In this document: in pieces, positions 8,534 through 16,586 of the stretch | How positions within the stretch are numbered: position 1 is the first letter of the stretch | Layout of the letters: every line of letters starts with the position of its first letter | NCBI GenBank assembly: GCA_045580305.1 | Contig: JAZNNQ010000003.1 | Location: 25,008 to 89,007 of the forward strand | DNA: 64,000 nucleotides | Reading direction: 5' to 3' | From: Eubacteriales bacterium | GTDB lineage: Bacteria; Bacillota; Clostridia; Oscillospirales; JAAYXM01 | Position numbers and translations under genes: made by a program | Notes under the pieces: model-generated | Told to the model about the DNA's origin: nothing | The model's input: only the letters and a program-made list of their open reading frames with translations | Database searches by the model: none

Positions 8534-9430
8534 ATGGGATTAGGTGATTTTTTCAAAAACATTTTTGGCAAAAAAACCTGTGCTTTTTGTGGCGGCGAGT
8601 GCGGTATGATGAGCCGTACTAAAATCAAAGGAGATGAGTATATCTGCTCTAAGTGCGATGATATGTGCTCCGCATTTATCAGAAAAAGCAGATATACAAG
8701 GGAAGAACTCGCAGGTCATATGGAGTATATTAAGCGCTCTGACCGAATTTTCAAAGAGGTAATTGTTCCGGAACTCCAAAACAAGAAGCGCGAATGCTAT
8801 CCTTCGGCAACCAGCAGACAGGGTATTGAATTCTATGACGATTACGGTATGTTCCGCGTTATGGATGGTGATCGTGATAACAAAGACAGATACCCGGTAG
8901 AGCTTATCCGTTATGACCAGGTTGCAAGCTATGAGATTTATTACGAAGAGGCAGATGCAACCGAGCCGGGCAAGCCAAAGGTTTTCAAAGAAGCGGGAAT
9001 TATCATTAATATGGTTGGCGGCATGGATGATCTCAGCAAAATGAGAAAGGGATTATCTGCACATCCGTACATAATTGACCCGATCAAAGTTTGCTTTGCA
9101 AAAAATGAGCGTGAGCAGGAAAATTATTTCAAATACTACGCTGACAATGCAATTCATCATTTTGATTATATTTTCGGCGTCAATGATGATACCAAGGGTC
9201 TCTTCGACTTCGGAATGACCAAGGAGGAAAAACGAGATCTTTTAGGTGCAGTCGGTTTCGCGAAAGCTGCTATGGGTGCTGTTAAGGCAGCCAAAAACGG
9301 CAATGCAGATATGGGTGAAGAGGAAAAGGCAGAAATGATGAAGAACCTCAACGCTATGAATGATGCTGATACCGGCGGCTTAGCTGAATATACAAGACGC
9401 GCAGAAGCAGCAGAAGCAAAAATTAATTAA
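8534..9430 (+). CDS. cytoplasmic zinc-ribbon protein (DUF4428-like N-terminus), unknown function
   Basis: AAGGAGG RBS. N-terminal CAFCG...CSKCD ribbon, no signal peptide, Ala/Glu-rich C-terminus. Confidence 0.7.
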   Translation: MGLGDFFKNIFGKKTCAFCGGECGMMSRTKIKGDEYICSKCDDMCSAFIRKSRYTREELAGHMEYIKRSDRIFKEVIVPELQNKKRECYPSATSRQGIEFYDDYGMFRVMDGDRDNKDRYPVELIRYDQVASYEIYYEEADATEPGKPKVFKEAGIIINMVGGMDDLSKMRKGLSAHPYIIDPIKVCFAKNEREQENYFKYYADNAIHHFDYIFGVNDDTKGLFDFGMTKEEKRDLLGAVGFAKAAMGAVKAAKNGNADMGEEEKAEMMKNLNAMNDADTGGLAEYTRRAEAAEAKIN

Positions 9431-9460
9431 GTATTTATAAGTTTTAAGGAGGATTTTATT

Positions 9461-10012
9461 ATGAAAAAGTTATTAGCGGTTATTTTGGCAGCAGTAATGT
9501 TATTATCTCTTGCAGCATGTGCTCCCAGCGGTATTAAGGAAGAACTTATTGAGGACTTTACCTGCGAAGGCGAAGGCTTCTACTTATCAGCCGAGTTCTA
9601 TCATCCTGAAAGTTATATCGCCGAGCATTCTGAAGAGGAACCGAACTGGTTAACCCTTAGCAATGCAGAGAAGAACTGCGAAATTGAGATTGGTCTCTAC
9701 GAAGACACCACCTACGACGCTAACAAGGAATATGACAAGGAAGGCGAAGATACCTACACAGAATTCAAGGTAGGAAAATATGAAGCATTTGGTTACGAGG
9801 ATTTTGGCGGTTATTATATCAATATGCATTTTGAAGAGGTTTCTGAAACTACCGACAGATACCTTGTAGTTCGAATTGAGACCGCTGACTATAGCAAAGA
9901 CCATCTGGAAGGTATCCAGTATTTTGAAGATGAGGAAATCAAGGATATTGTAGAGTCTATTACCTACAACGGCGTTCTTGAAGTTCCGGAAGAAGAGGAA
10001 ACTGCAGAATAA
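9461..10012 (+). CDS. acidic lipoprotein, unknown function
   Basis: AAGGAGG RBS. Signal peptide ends in the lipobox LSLAAC. Confidence 0.75.
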   Translation: MKKLLAVILAAVMLLSLAACAPSGIKEELIEDFTCEGEGFYLSAEFYHPESYIAEHSEEEPNWLTLSNAEKNCEIEIGLYEDTTYDANKEYDKEGEDTYTEFKVGKYEAFGYEDFGGYYINMHFEEVSETTDRYLVVRIETADYSKDHLEGIQYFEDEEIKDIVESITYNGVLEVPEEEETAE

Positions 10013-10036
10013 AGTTTTTTCGGAGGTGCATTTATA

Positions 10037-11203
10037 ATGAAAAGAGTAGTGGCTATTGGCCTATCACTGATTTTACTTTTAAGTAATGTATGTGCGTTAA
10101 CCTCCGGTGATTTTGAGTATTCATCAAGCGGTGTAATAGAAGCATATTTTGGTGAATCATTCGTGGAGGTGCCGTCTGTTTTAGACGGCACCTCTATTAC
10201 AAAAATCGGAGAAGAAGCATTTTTCGACTCAGACATTGAAAGCATCACACTAAATAACGGAATCATCGAAATAGGAGACAGGGCATTTCAAGGTGCAATG
10301 TTAGAATATGTATTTATTCCCGAAACAGTTAAGAAAATAGGCGACTATGCCTTCGCAAATTGCGGAAGATTAGGGGAAGTTTACATCTACACCTCGACCG
10401 GTGAAGTTGAATTCGGCGAGGATGCTTTTAGCGGTACAGGGCACATTAACCTATATGTATATTGCTCTGCTGATTTGGAACTCTTGGATCAGAAAATGTA
10501 TGCTGCAAAGGGTAACCGCGATTACGATATTTTACCACTTCACATACAGCTTGCTGATGGTGGGTACGATTCGGGTGTAGTTAGTATTCCGGTAAGTGTC
10601 TGCTATGAATGCGGATATTTTGAACTTCATTATCCGGGTGAGTTGGGTCATCCCTTTGCGGATGTGCCGGTTAGCTCTTGGTACAAAGAGTATGTTGATG
10701 CCGCCTATAATGCAGGCATTATAGGCGGCAAGGGAAATAATAAGTTTGATCCCGATGCGGGAATGACCATTGCCGAAGGTATTAAAATCGCCGCTTGTAT
10801 CCATGCACTTCAAAATGATAAGGATCCCAATCCAAGGGGCGAGAATTGGAGCGCTTGGTACGAGCCATATGTTGAGTATTGCTATTCAGAAGGTATCATA
10901 GAGGATTATATTTTTTTCGAAGATTATAACAGACCGATAACCCGAGGCGAAATGGCATATCTTTTCGCAAGATGCGACGGCACTAACTATTATTTAAACG
11001 ATGTTCCGATTACCGATATTCCGGATGTTTACGACACCACACCTTATGCGTATGAGATTTTGGAGCTTTATAATCGTGGCGTAGCTGTAGGTAGCGGAAA
11101 TTACACTTATAAACCCGATGACAACATTAAGAGGTCTGAGGTTTCGGCGCTTGTTGCGAGAATTCTCTATTTTACAATGCGAATTGAACTTCCGAAAGGG
11201 TAG
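10037..11203 (+). CDS. BspA-type leucine-rich-repeat protein with C-terminal SLH-type anchor module
   Basis: Signal peptide. LRR_5-like repeats (IGEEAF....IESITL.NGI.EIGDRAF....L..V.IPETVKKIGDYAFANC). The C-terminal half is paralogous to the N-terminal anchor modules of the 4853 and 7190 proteins. Confidence 0.82.
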   Translation: MKRVVAIGLSLILLLSNVCALTSGDFEYSSSGVIEAYFGESFVEVPSVLDGTSITKIGEEAFFDSDIESITLNNGIIEIGDRAFQGAMLEYVFIPETVKKIGDYAFANCGRLGEVYIYTSTGEVEFGEDAFSGTGHINLYVYCSADLELLDQKMYAAKGNRDYDILPLHIQLADGGYDSGVVSIPVSVCYECGYFELHYPGELGHPFADVPVSSWYKEYVDAAYNAGIIGGKGNNKFDPDAGMTIAEGIKIAACIHALQNDKDPNPRGENWSAWYEPYVEYCYSEGIIEDYIFFEDYNRPITRGEMAYLFARCDGTNYYLNDVPITDIPDVYDTTPYAYEILELYNRGVAVGSGNYTYKPDDNIKRSEVSALVARILYFTMRIELPKG

Positions 11204-11208
11204 TGATT

Positions 11209-11769
11209 ATGAAAAGGGCAATTAAGTTTGTTTTGACAATAATTGCGCTTCTCTCGTTTGCAGCTTGTACTAATACCACCCCGCAAATTTTAGACGGCGA
11301 CGGTATGGTATATAACGATGCGGAATTTCGCACGGAGTATGCCAATGCCCTTGATTTTGACAATGTAGAGGGCGCGCCATATTGGGCCGTTGCATTCTTA
11401 GGTTATGGCGATGTGGGACGAGATATGCGCGATATTTATGTACTCAATGCTTTTGATTCACTTTCTGAGGAAAGTGTTAATAAAGTGGAACATTTTAATT
11501 TTGAAGGTGATGAGTGGTATCTTGTTATCCCGCGATATAAGGGTGAGAATAAGATAAAAAATCTTAGCACCAATGAAGAAATTATTGTATATGAAGGCGC
11601 GGCCTTCTCGATTAAGTGTAATTTGTCTGACATTCACCCTAATGTTGAAATATCTATTGATACTCACGGCGGAAAAAAGTTTTCACCGCAAGTTAGCGGT
11701 GCAGGCGAGCTTGTGACAAGCGATGATATTTGGGACATAACCGAAAGTGTATTACCAAAATTCGAATAA
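11209..11769 (+). CDS. lipoprotein, unknown function
   Basis: Lipobox LSFAAC. ATG 11209 is preferred over the overlapping GTG 11203. Confidence 0.72.
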   Translation: MKRAIKFVLTIIALLSFAACTNTTPQILDGDGMVYNDAEFRTEYANALDFDNVEGAPYWAVAFLGYGDVGRDMRDIYVLNAFDSLSEESVNKVEHFNFEGDEWYLVIPRYKGENKIKNLSTNEEIIVYEGAAFSIKCNLSDIHPNVEISIDTHGGKKFSPQVSGAGELVTSDDIWDITESVLPKFE

Positions 11770-11783
11770 GAGGAGAATAAACA

Positions 11784-12116
11784 ATGAAAAGAGTATTTAA
11801 GTTAACATCAGTTGTTTTATGTTTAGTCCTTATGCTTGGTATTTTTGCCGCTTGCTCAAACGGCGAGCCTACCATTGTAGGTAAATGGGTATACGAAAGC
11901 TCTGATGATATGTACTACACCTTCAACGAAGACGGCACAGGTGCATACTTCTTCGTAGGTGGAGACATGAAGTTTACCTATACAGATGACGGCGCGGCAC
12001 TTACAATTCAGTATGAAACCGCAACTGAGCCCAATGTTTTCAAATACACAATCGAAGGCGATACACTTAAAATCGAAGACAGCTTTGGCGATATGATTAC
12101 TTACATCAAAAAGTAA
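11784..12116 (+). CDS. small lipoprotein (lipocalin-like / DUF5640-like)
   Basis: GAGGAG RBS. Lipobox GIFAAC followed by IVGKWVYES...YTFNEDGTG. Confidence 0.7.
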   Translation: MKRVFKLTSVVLCLVLMLGIFAACSNGEPTIVGKWVYESSDDMYYTFNEDGTGAYFFVGGDMKFTYTDDGAALTIQYETATEPNVFKYTIEGDTLKIEDSFGDMITYIKK

Positions 12117-12135
12117 TTTAACATACATGAAAATC

Positions 12136-12214
12136 AAACACAGGCTAACGCTTAGTTTGTCACAAGCGCCGTGCACCGTCAATCTGCGGCGAAAATTCAT
12201 GTTAGCTGTGTTTT
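12136..12214 (+). terminator. long closed-stem element ending in a U-run (terminator or structured RNA)
   Basis: AAACACAG(G)CTAAC pairs with GTTAGCTGTGTTT across a 51-nt interior that holds a CGCCG/CGGCG hairpin. It is followed by TTTT. Confidence 0.45.
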
Positions 12215-12255
12215 AAGATTTAGCGGGCATTCAATCCTTTTAGGAGGAACTAAGT

Positions 12256-14418
12256 ATGAAAAGAATAATAAGTTTTGCGCTTTGCTTAATTATCGCGCTA
12301 AGTCTTGTCCCATTTTCGGTTTTTGCTGCGAATATTATTGACAACGTAAATGTTTTTAATATTGAGAAACCTATAGCAGGGAAGATGTGGCAATGGGGAG
12401 AGGCGACTGTTGCAAGTAGCCACAATTATACCGTTGTCCGAGAGGAAGAATGGTATGACGAGACAGACGAAAAGTTTCTGGTAAACAATGAGACCTTTAA
12501 GGTAGGACACGTCTACACGGTGCACGTATATCTGGATGCAAAGGATGGTTATGAGTTTGCAACAAAGGATGCAGTTACACCTGACGTTACAGCAACGATA
12601 TGCGGTCAAACAGCCAAAGTTTCAAAGGCTTACGAATATCAGCCTTGGTACCGCATCCATGTCACTTGCACATTCCCAGCAGTAAAGGAAAACAAGAAAA
12701 TTGATCGTGTAATCATTTCAGATGTTATTGCGCCGAAAATTGGCAGACAATCTGTTTACAATCCGAGAGCACTCACACATTCAGAGGGTGTTAAGATAAC
12801 CGACGTTTACTGGAGTGTAGGTAAGAATTGGAATACGGAATTTACCGGAGTTTTTGCAGAAAAAACCGAGTACTCTATCTCAGTTACAATGGAAGCAGAG
12901 GATGGGTATCAGTTTAACTTCAGGGAAAACGGCTTCCCTGATGTACTGGCTACAATTAATGGTGAAGCCGCACATAATGTTATGTTTGACGGTGAAGGAA
13001 GACTTGTGGCACGGTTAACTTTTGACAATTTAGGCGAAGAAAAACCAAAGGTTACAGGCATAATAACCTATTTCGTAAATGAGCCGGTTATTGGTGAAAA
13101 ACCCTCGTATGAAGCGGTAAATCAACGTGATGATAGGTTATACGAACTTGATACCGCTGATCCCAAAGCCACGAAAAACGGCATAACATGGACTGAGGGC
13201 GTGGGAGATAACAGTCGTGTAATGGGAGAAGATGAAACGTTTAAACCAAACACCTATTACCACGTCACTATAAGCGTAAAGCCGATAATGGGATATCTGT
13301 TTGATATGTATTCGGATGGCGACTTTGCCTTGGTTGGCGCAATCAACAACCAAGACGCCATTTACGGTGGCACCGAGGAAAGTGCATTCATTGGATATAC
13401 TTTCCAAACACCTGAAAACAAGGAAGAACGAACCATAATATCTGAAGTTGAAGCGGTGTCAAACTATTCTGACATCATCTTTGTCGGTGGTAAGGCATCT
13501 GCACCGCAGTTTACCGTGGTTAAAGGTGCGCCTGCAAAAATTAAATTTACAGGCTATCAGATTAAAAATGAAAAAGGGGAATTTGTTGATCTGCCCGCAG
13601 GTTCCGTTTTTACAGATGCACCCATTATAATATTGGGACAGCTCATTGTTGAAGGCGATGCAAATAAGGACTACGTGCTTCGCAAAGACGTTAAATTAAT
13701 TGTTGATGGTGTGGAGTGGTTTATGGGTAACGTAGGTTTTTATGATGACCACAGTGCTTGCTGGGTTAGGTCAATGCCAATTACCCCATCACCTAAAAAG
13801 GAAGAAGAGAAACCTACTGAGACACCAAGCGAAAGCCCAACAGAAACTCCTGCTGACAAACCGACAGAAACACCGGATGATAACAAAGTAACCTTTACCG
13901 ACGTTCCGAGTAGCGCATACTATTATGAACCTGTAATGTGGGCGGCAGAGAATGGTATCACCGGTGGTACCGGTAATGGTAAGTTCTCGCCTGATAACGT
14001 ATGTACAAGAGCTCAGGTTGTAACCTTCTTGTGGCGTGCTGCAGGCTCTCCTGAGCCCAAGAGCAGTACCAATCCCTTTACCGATGTAAATAGCAGCGAT
14101 TATTTCTATAAGGCTGTACTTTGGGCGGTGGAGAACAACATAACCGGCGGAACCGGAAACGGAAAATTCTCCCCTAATGATAACTGTATCCGTGCTCAGG
14201 TAGTAACCTTCTTACACCGCGCTGCAAAATCTCCTGCACCGAAGAGTAGTGTAAATCCGTTTAGCGACGTTGCAGAGACCGAGTACTACTATAAACCTGT
14301 GCTTTGGGCAGTGGAGAACAATATTACCGGCGGTACGGGAAACAGTAAGTTCTCACCAAGCGGTGCTTGCACAAGAGCACAGGTTGTTACGTTCTTATAT
14401 CGTTATATGGGTAAGTAA
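12256..14418 (+). CDS. large secreted protein with repeated beta-rich modules, a Pro/Thr/Glu linker and three C-terminal SLH domains
   Basis: AGGAGG RBS and signal peptide. Three roughly 125-aa modules share ...Y.V.V.L.A.DGY.F......PDV.ATI.G. The linker is KPTETPSESPTETPADKPTETP. It ends in three SLH repeats. Confidence 0.88.
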   Translation: MKRIISFALCLIIALSLVPFSVFAANIIDNVNVFNIEKPIAGKMWQWGEATVASSHNYTVVREEEWYDETDEKFLVNNETFKVGHVYTVHVYLDAKDGYEFATKDAVTPDVTATICGQTAKVSKAYEYQPWYRIHVTCTFPAVKENKKIDRVIISDVIAPKIGRQSVYNPRALTHSEGVKITDVYWSVGKNWNTEFTGVFAEKTEYSISVTMEAEDGYQFNFRENGFPDVLATINGEAAHNVMFDGEGRLVARLTFDNLGEEKPKVTGIITYFVNEPVIGEKPSYEAVNQRDDRLYELDTADPKATKNGITWTEGVGDNSRVMGEDETFKPNTYYHVTISVKPIMGYLFDMYSDGDFALVGAINNQDAIYGGTEESAFIGYTFQTPENKEERTIISEVEAVSNYSDIIFVGGKASAPQFTVVKGAPAKIKFTGYQIKNEKGEFVDLPAGSVFTDAPIIILGQLIVEGDANKDYVLRKDVKLIVDGVEWFMGNVGFYDDHSACWVRSMPITPSPKKEEEKPTETPSESPTETPADKPTETPDDNKVTFTDVPSSAYYYEPVMWAAENGITGGTGNGKFSPDNVCTRAQVVTFLWRAAGSPEPKSSTNPFTDVNSSDYFYKAVLWAVENNITGGTGNGKFSPNDNCIRAQVVTFLHRAAKSPAPKSSVNPFSDVAETEYYYKPVLWAVENNITGGTGNSKFSPSGACTRAQVVTFLYRYMGK
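13888..14415 (+). repeat. three tandem SLH-domain coding repeats (period about 183-186 bp)
   Basis: F(T/S)DV....YYY.PV.WA.EN.ITGGTGN.KFSP...C.RAQVVTFL.R occurs three times. Confidence 0.85.
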
Positions 14419-14435
14419 AATTACCTTGCACAATT

Positions 14436-14473
14436 TAAAAAGAGTGAAACTCTTACGAGTTTCACTCTTTTTA
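14436..14473. terminator. bidirectional intrinsic terminator
   Basis: AAAAAGAGTGAAACTC-ttac-GAGTTTCACTCTTTTT lies between convergent genes. Confidence 0.75.
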
Positions 14474-15832
14474 TAATTTAATACCGATAAATTCAAATGC
14501 CATAATTATTATAATTAAAATAGGCGCTACGTATTTGACTACAAAAGTCCAGATAGGTTGAAGTCTGAATTTAATTGTGCCGCCTTGAGTAATTTCATTG
14601 ACAGCGTTTTTTGAACCCCATATCCAGCCGACGAATATACAGAAGAAAAGCCCGCCTAATGGAATCATAATAAAGTCGGTAATGCGCTCCATAAATATAC
14701 CAAAAGCCGGGAAGGTTACCCCATCTCGCACATTATACCATATGCCGCGAAGATTGACAGCGCCTTGGGAAAGCGAATATATGATGCCAAAAACAAGCAT
14801 TAAGGAAGATATAATAATTACTGCTTTTTTGCGCGACATTTTAAGTGTATCACCAATATATGCAACAATGGGTTCTAAAAGAGATATCGAGCTTGTAAGT
14901 GCGGCAAATGAAAGTAAAATATAAAACAGAGCACCAAAAAGATTGCCGGCAGGCATTTGCTCAAAAATGCCGGGAAGAGCAACAAAAGGAAAACTACTGC
15001 CGCTTGAAAGGGTAGTTCCCGTTGCAAAAACCGCAGGTATAATAATAAAAGCTGCCAAAAGAGCAACCAAAGTATCAAGTGTGCAAATTAATCCTGCGTT
15101 TTTTACGAGATTCTCCTTCTTGCCAAGATATGATGCATAGGTGCAAGCAATACCGAGACCAATTGATAAGGAAAATAGAGCTTGCCCAAGCGCAGATAGT
15201 AAAATATTGGGAGTTATTTTACTAAAATCAATAGTGGTTAAAAAAACTATACCGGATTTTGCACCCGGAATTGTTGTTGAACGAAGAAGGAGAATGAAAA
15301 GCAAAAAGAAAAGAGCCGGCATAAGTATTTTATTTACCTTTTCAATTCCGCCGGATACACCACGAATTACAATGCAAGCGGTAATGACCATAAAAATTAT
15401 AAGATAAACAACAGGCTCTATGGGATGTGAAATAAAAGAGTAATAATACTCACTTAAATTGTTTTGGAAATTTGCTCCGGTCAGATATGCTACCACATAC
15501 TTAAGCACATAACCGCCTATAACACAGTAATAGGAAAGGACGATAAAAGCTGAAAGAATGCCTAAAATGCCGGTGAATTTCCATTTCGGGTTAAGCTCAT
15601 CAAAGGCGGCTACCACATTCTTTTGAGTTTTACGCCCTACAACAAGCTCTGTAAGCATTATTGATATACCAAGTGTAAAAACAATTGCAAAATATACGAG
15701 GATGAAAGCGCCGCCACCTCCGGCACCCACCTTGGCAGGAAATTTCCATATGTTGCCTAAGCCAATAGCACTGCCTGCAGTTGCAACGATAAATCCTAAA
15801 TTAGACGACCACGCGCCTCGTGACTGCTTCAA
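14471..15832 (-). CDS. sodium-dependent transporter, neurotransmitter:sodium symporter (NSS/SNF) family
   Basis: WSSNLGFIVATAGSAIGLGNIWKFP motif and about 12 TM segments. Start is placed at TTG 15832, after GAGGTGG; the ORF track begins at TTG 15862. Confidence 0.88.
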   Translation of the reverse strand: MKQSRGAWSSNLGFIVATAGSAIGLGNIWKFPAKVGAGGGGAFILVYFAIVFTLGISIMLTELVVGRKTQKNVVAAFDELNPKWKFTGILGILSAFIVLSYYCVIGGYVLKYVVAYLTGANFQNNLSEYYYSFISHPIEPVVYLIIFMVITACIVIRGVSGGIEKVNKILMPALFFLLFILLLRSTTIPGAKSGIVFLTTIDFSKITPNILLSALGQALFSLSIGLGIACTYASYLGKKENLVKNAGLICTLDTLVALLAAFIIIPAVFATGTTLSSGSSFPFVALPGIFEQMPAGNLFGALFYILLSFAALTSSISLLEPIVAYIGDTLKMSRKKAVIIISSLMLVFGIIYSLSQGAVNLRGIWYNVRDGVTFPAFGIFMERITDFIMIPLGGLFFCIFVGWIWGSKNAVNEITQGGTIKFRLQPIWTFVVKYVAPILIIIIMAFEFIGIKL

Positions 15833-15895
15833 AATAACCACCTCGGTGGTTATTATTTGCAATAAAGTTATTTTTTATAAAAGATTAAAATACAT

Positions 15896-15972
15896 AAAAA
15901 GTAGCTGTTGTCGGCAGACGCACTTTCGAGAAAACCCGCAGCGGCGGCTCTGCAAATGACAAAACAGCTACC
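15896..15972 (-). terminator. closed-stem element with U-run between the gamma-CA gene and the transporter
   Basis: On the minus strand, GGTAGCTGTT...AACAGCTAC is followed by TTTTT, and the interior has a GCAGA/TCTGC helix. It could terminate the upstream gene or attenuate the transporter. Confidence 0.5.
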
Positions 15973-16055
15973 AATTAAGTATAGTGGATTTAGTTGGACT
16001 TGTCAAACTAATGAAGGATAATGGTGCGAACGACAAAATATAATTTGCAATAAAG

Positions 16056-16547
16056 TTATTTTTTATAAAGGGAGGATAAATGCAAATATTCCTCGGCGTT
16101 TTTCGCATTAGCTTCAATTTCAGCGTCGGTCAGCTCGCGCTTTACCTTGGCGGGAGCACCAAGAGCCAGAGAGCCATCGGGAATGACTGTACCGCCGGTA
16201 ACCAAAGCGCCGGCACCGATTATACAATTTTTACCGATTACAGCGCCGTCGAGTATTGTTGCGCCCATACCGATAAGCGAGTTGTCACCAACCGTACATC
16301 CGTGAACAATTGCGTTGTGACCAACGGTTACTCCTTCACCTAAAACAACGCTGTTGTGAAGGGTTGCATTATCCTGAACATTGCTGTTTTCGCCGATTAC
16401 AATTTCGCCTTCATCGCCTCGAAGTGAGGCACCAAACCAAATGCTGGCTCCCTTTTTAAGTGTTACATTACCGATTACGGCAGCATTTTCTGAAATGTAC
16501 ACGCTGTCATCAATAATTGGCAAAACGCCGTTAAATTCTAAAATCAT
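16056..16547 (-). CDS. gamma-class carbonic anhydrase family / hexapeptide-repeat protein
   Basis: Left-handed beta-helix hexapeptide repeats and the typical IGDNSLIGMGA..LDGA.IG motif. About 160 aa. Confidence 0.85.
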   Translation of the reverse strand: MILEFNGVLPIIDDSVYISENAAVIGNVTLKKGASIWFGASLRGDEGEIVIGENSNVQDNATLHNSVVLGEGVTVGHNAIVHGCTVGDNSLIGMGATILDGAVIGKNCIIGAGALVTGGTVIPDGSLALGAPAKVKRELTDAEIEANAKNAEEYLHLSSLYKK

Positions 16548-16586
16548 AGGTATCTTCCTTTCTTTTGTATATTCAAAACCGCAGGA

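Noticed and set aside
13797-13887. Apparent tandem repeat KPTETPSESPTETPADKPTETPDD (nucleotide-level near-repeats).
   Set aside because: It is a low-complexity Pro/Thr/Glu interdomain linker inside a long intact ORF, not a VNTR, CRISPR-like or regulatory repeat.
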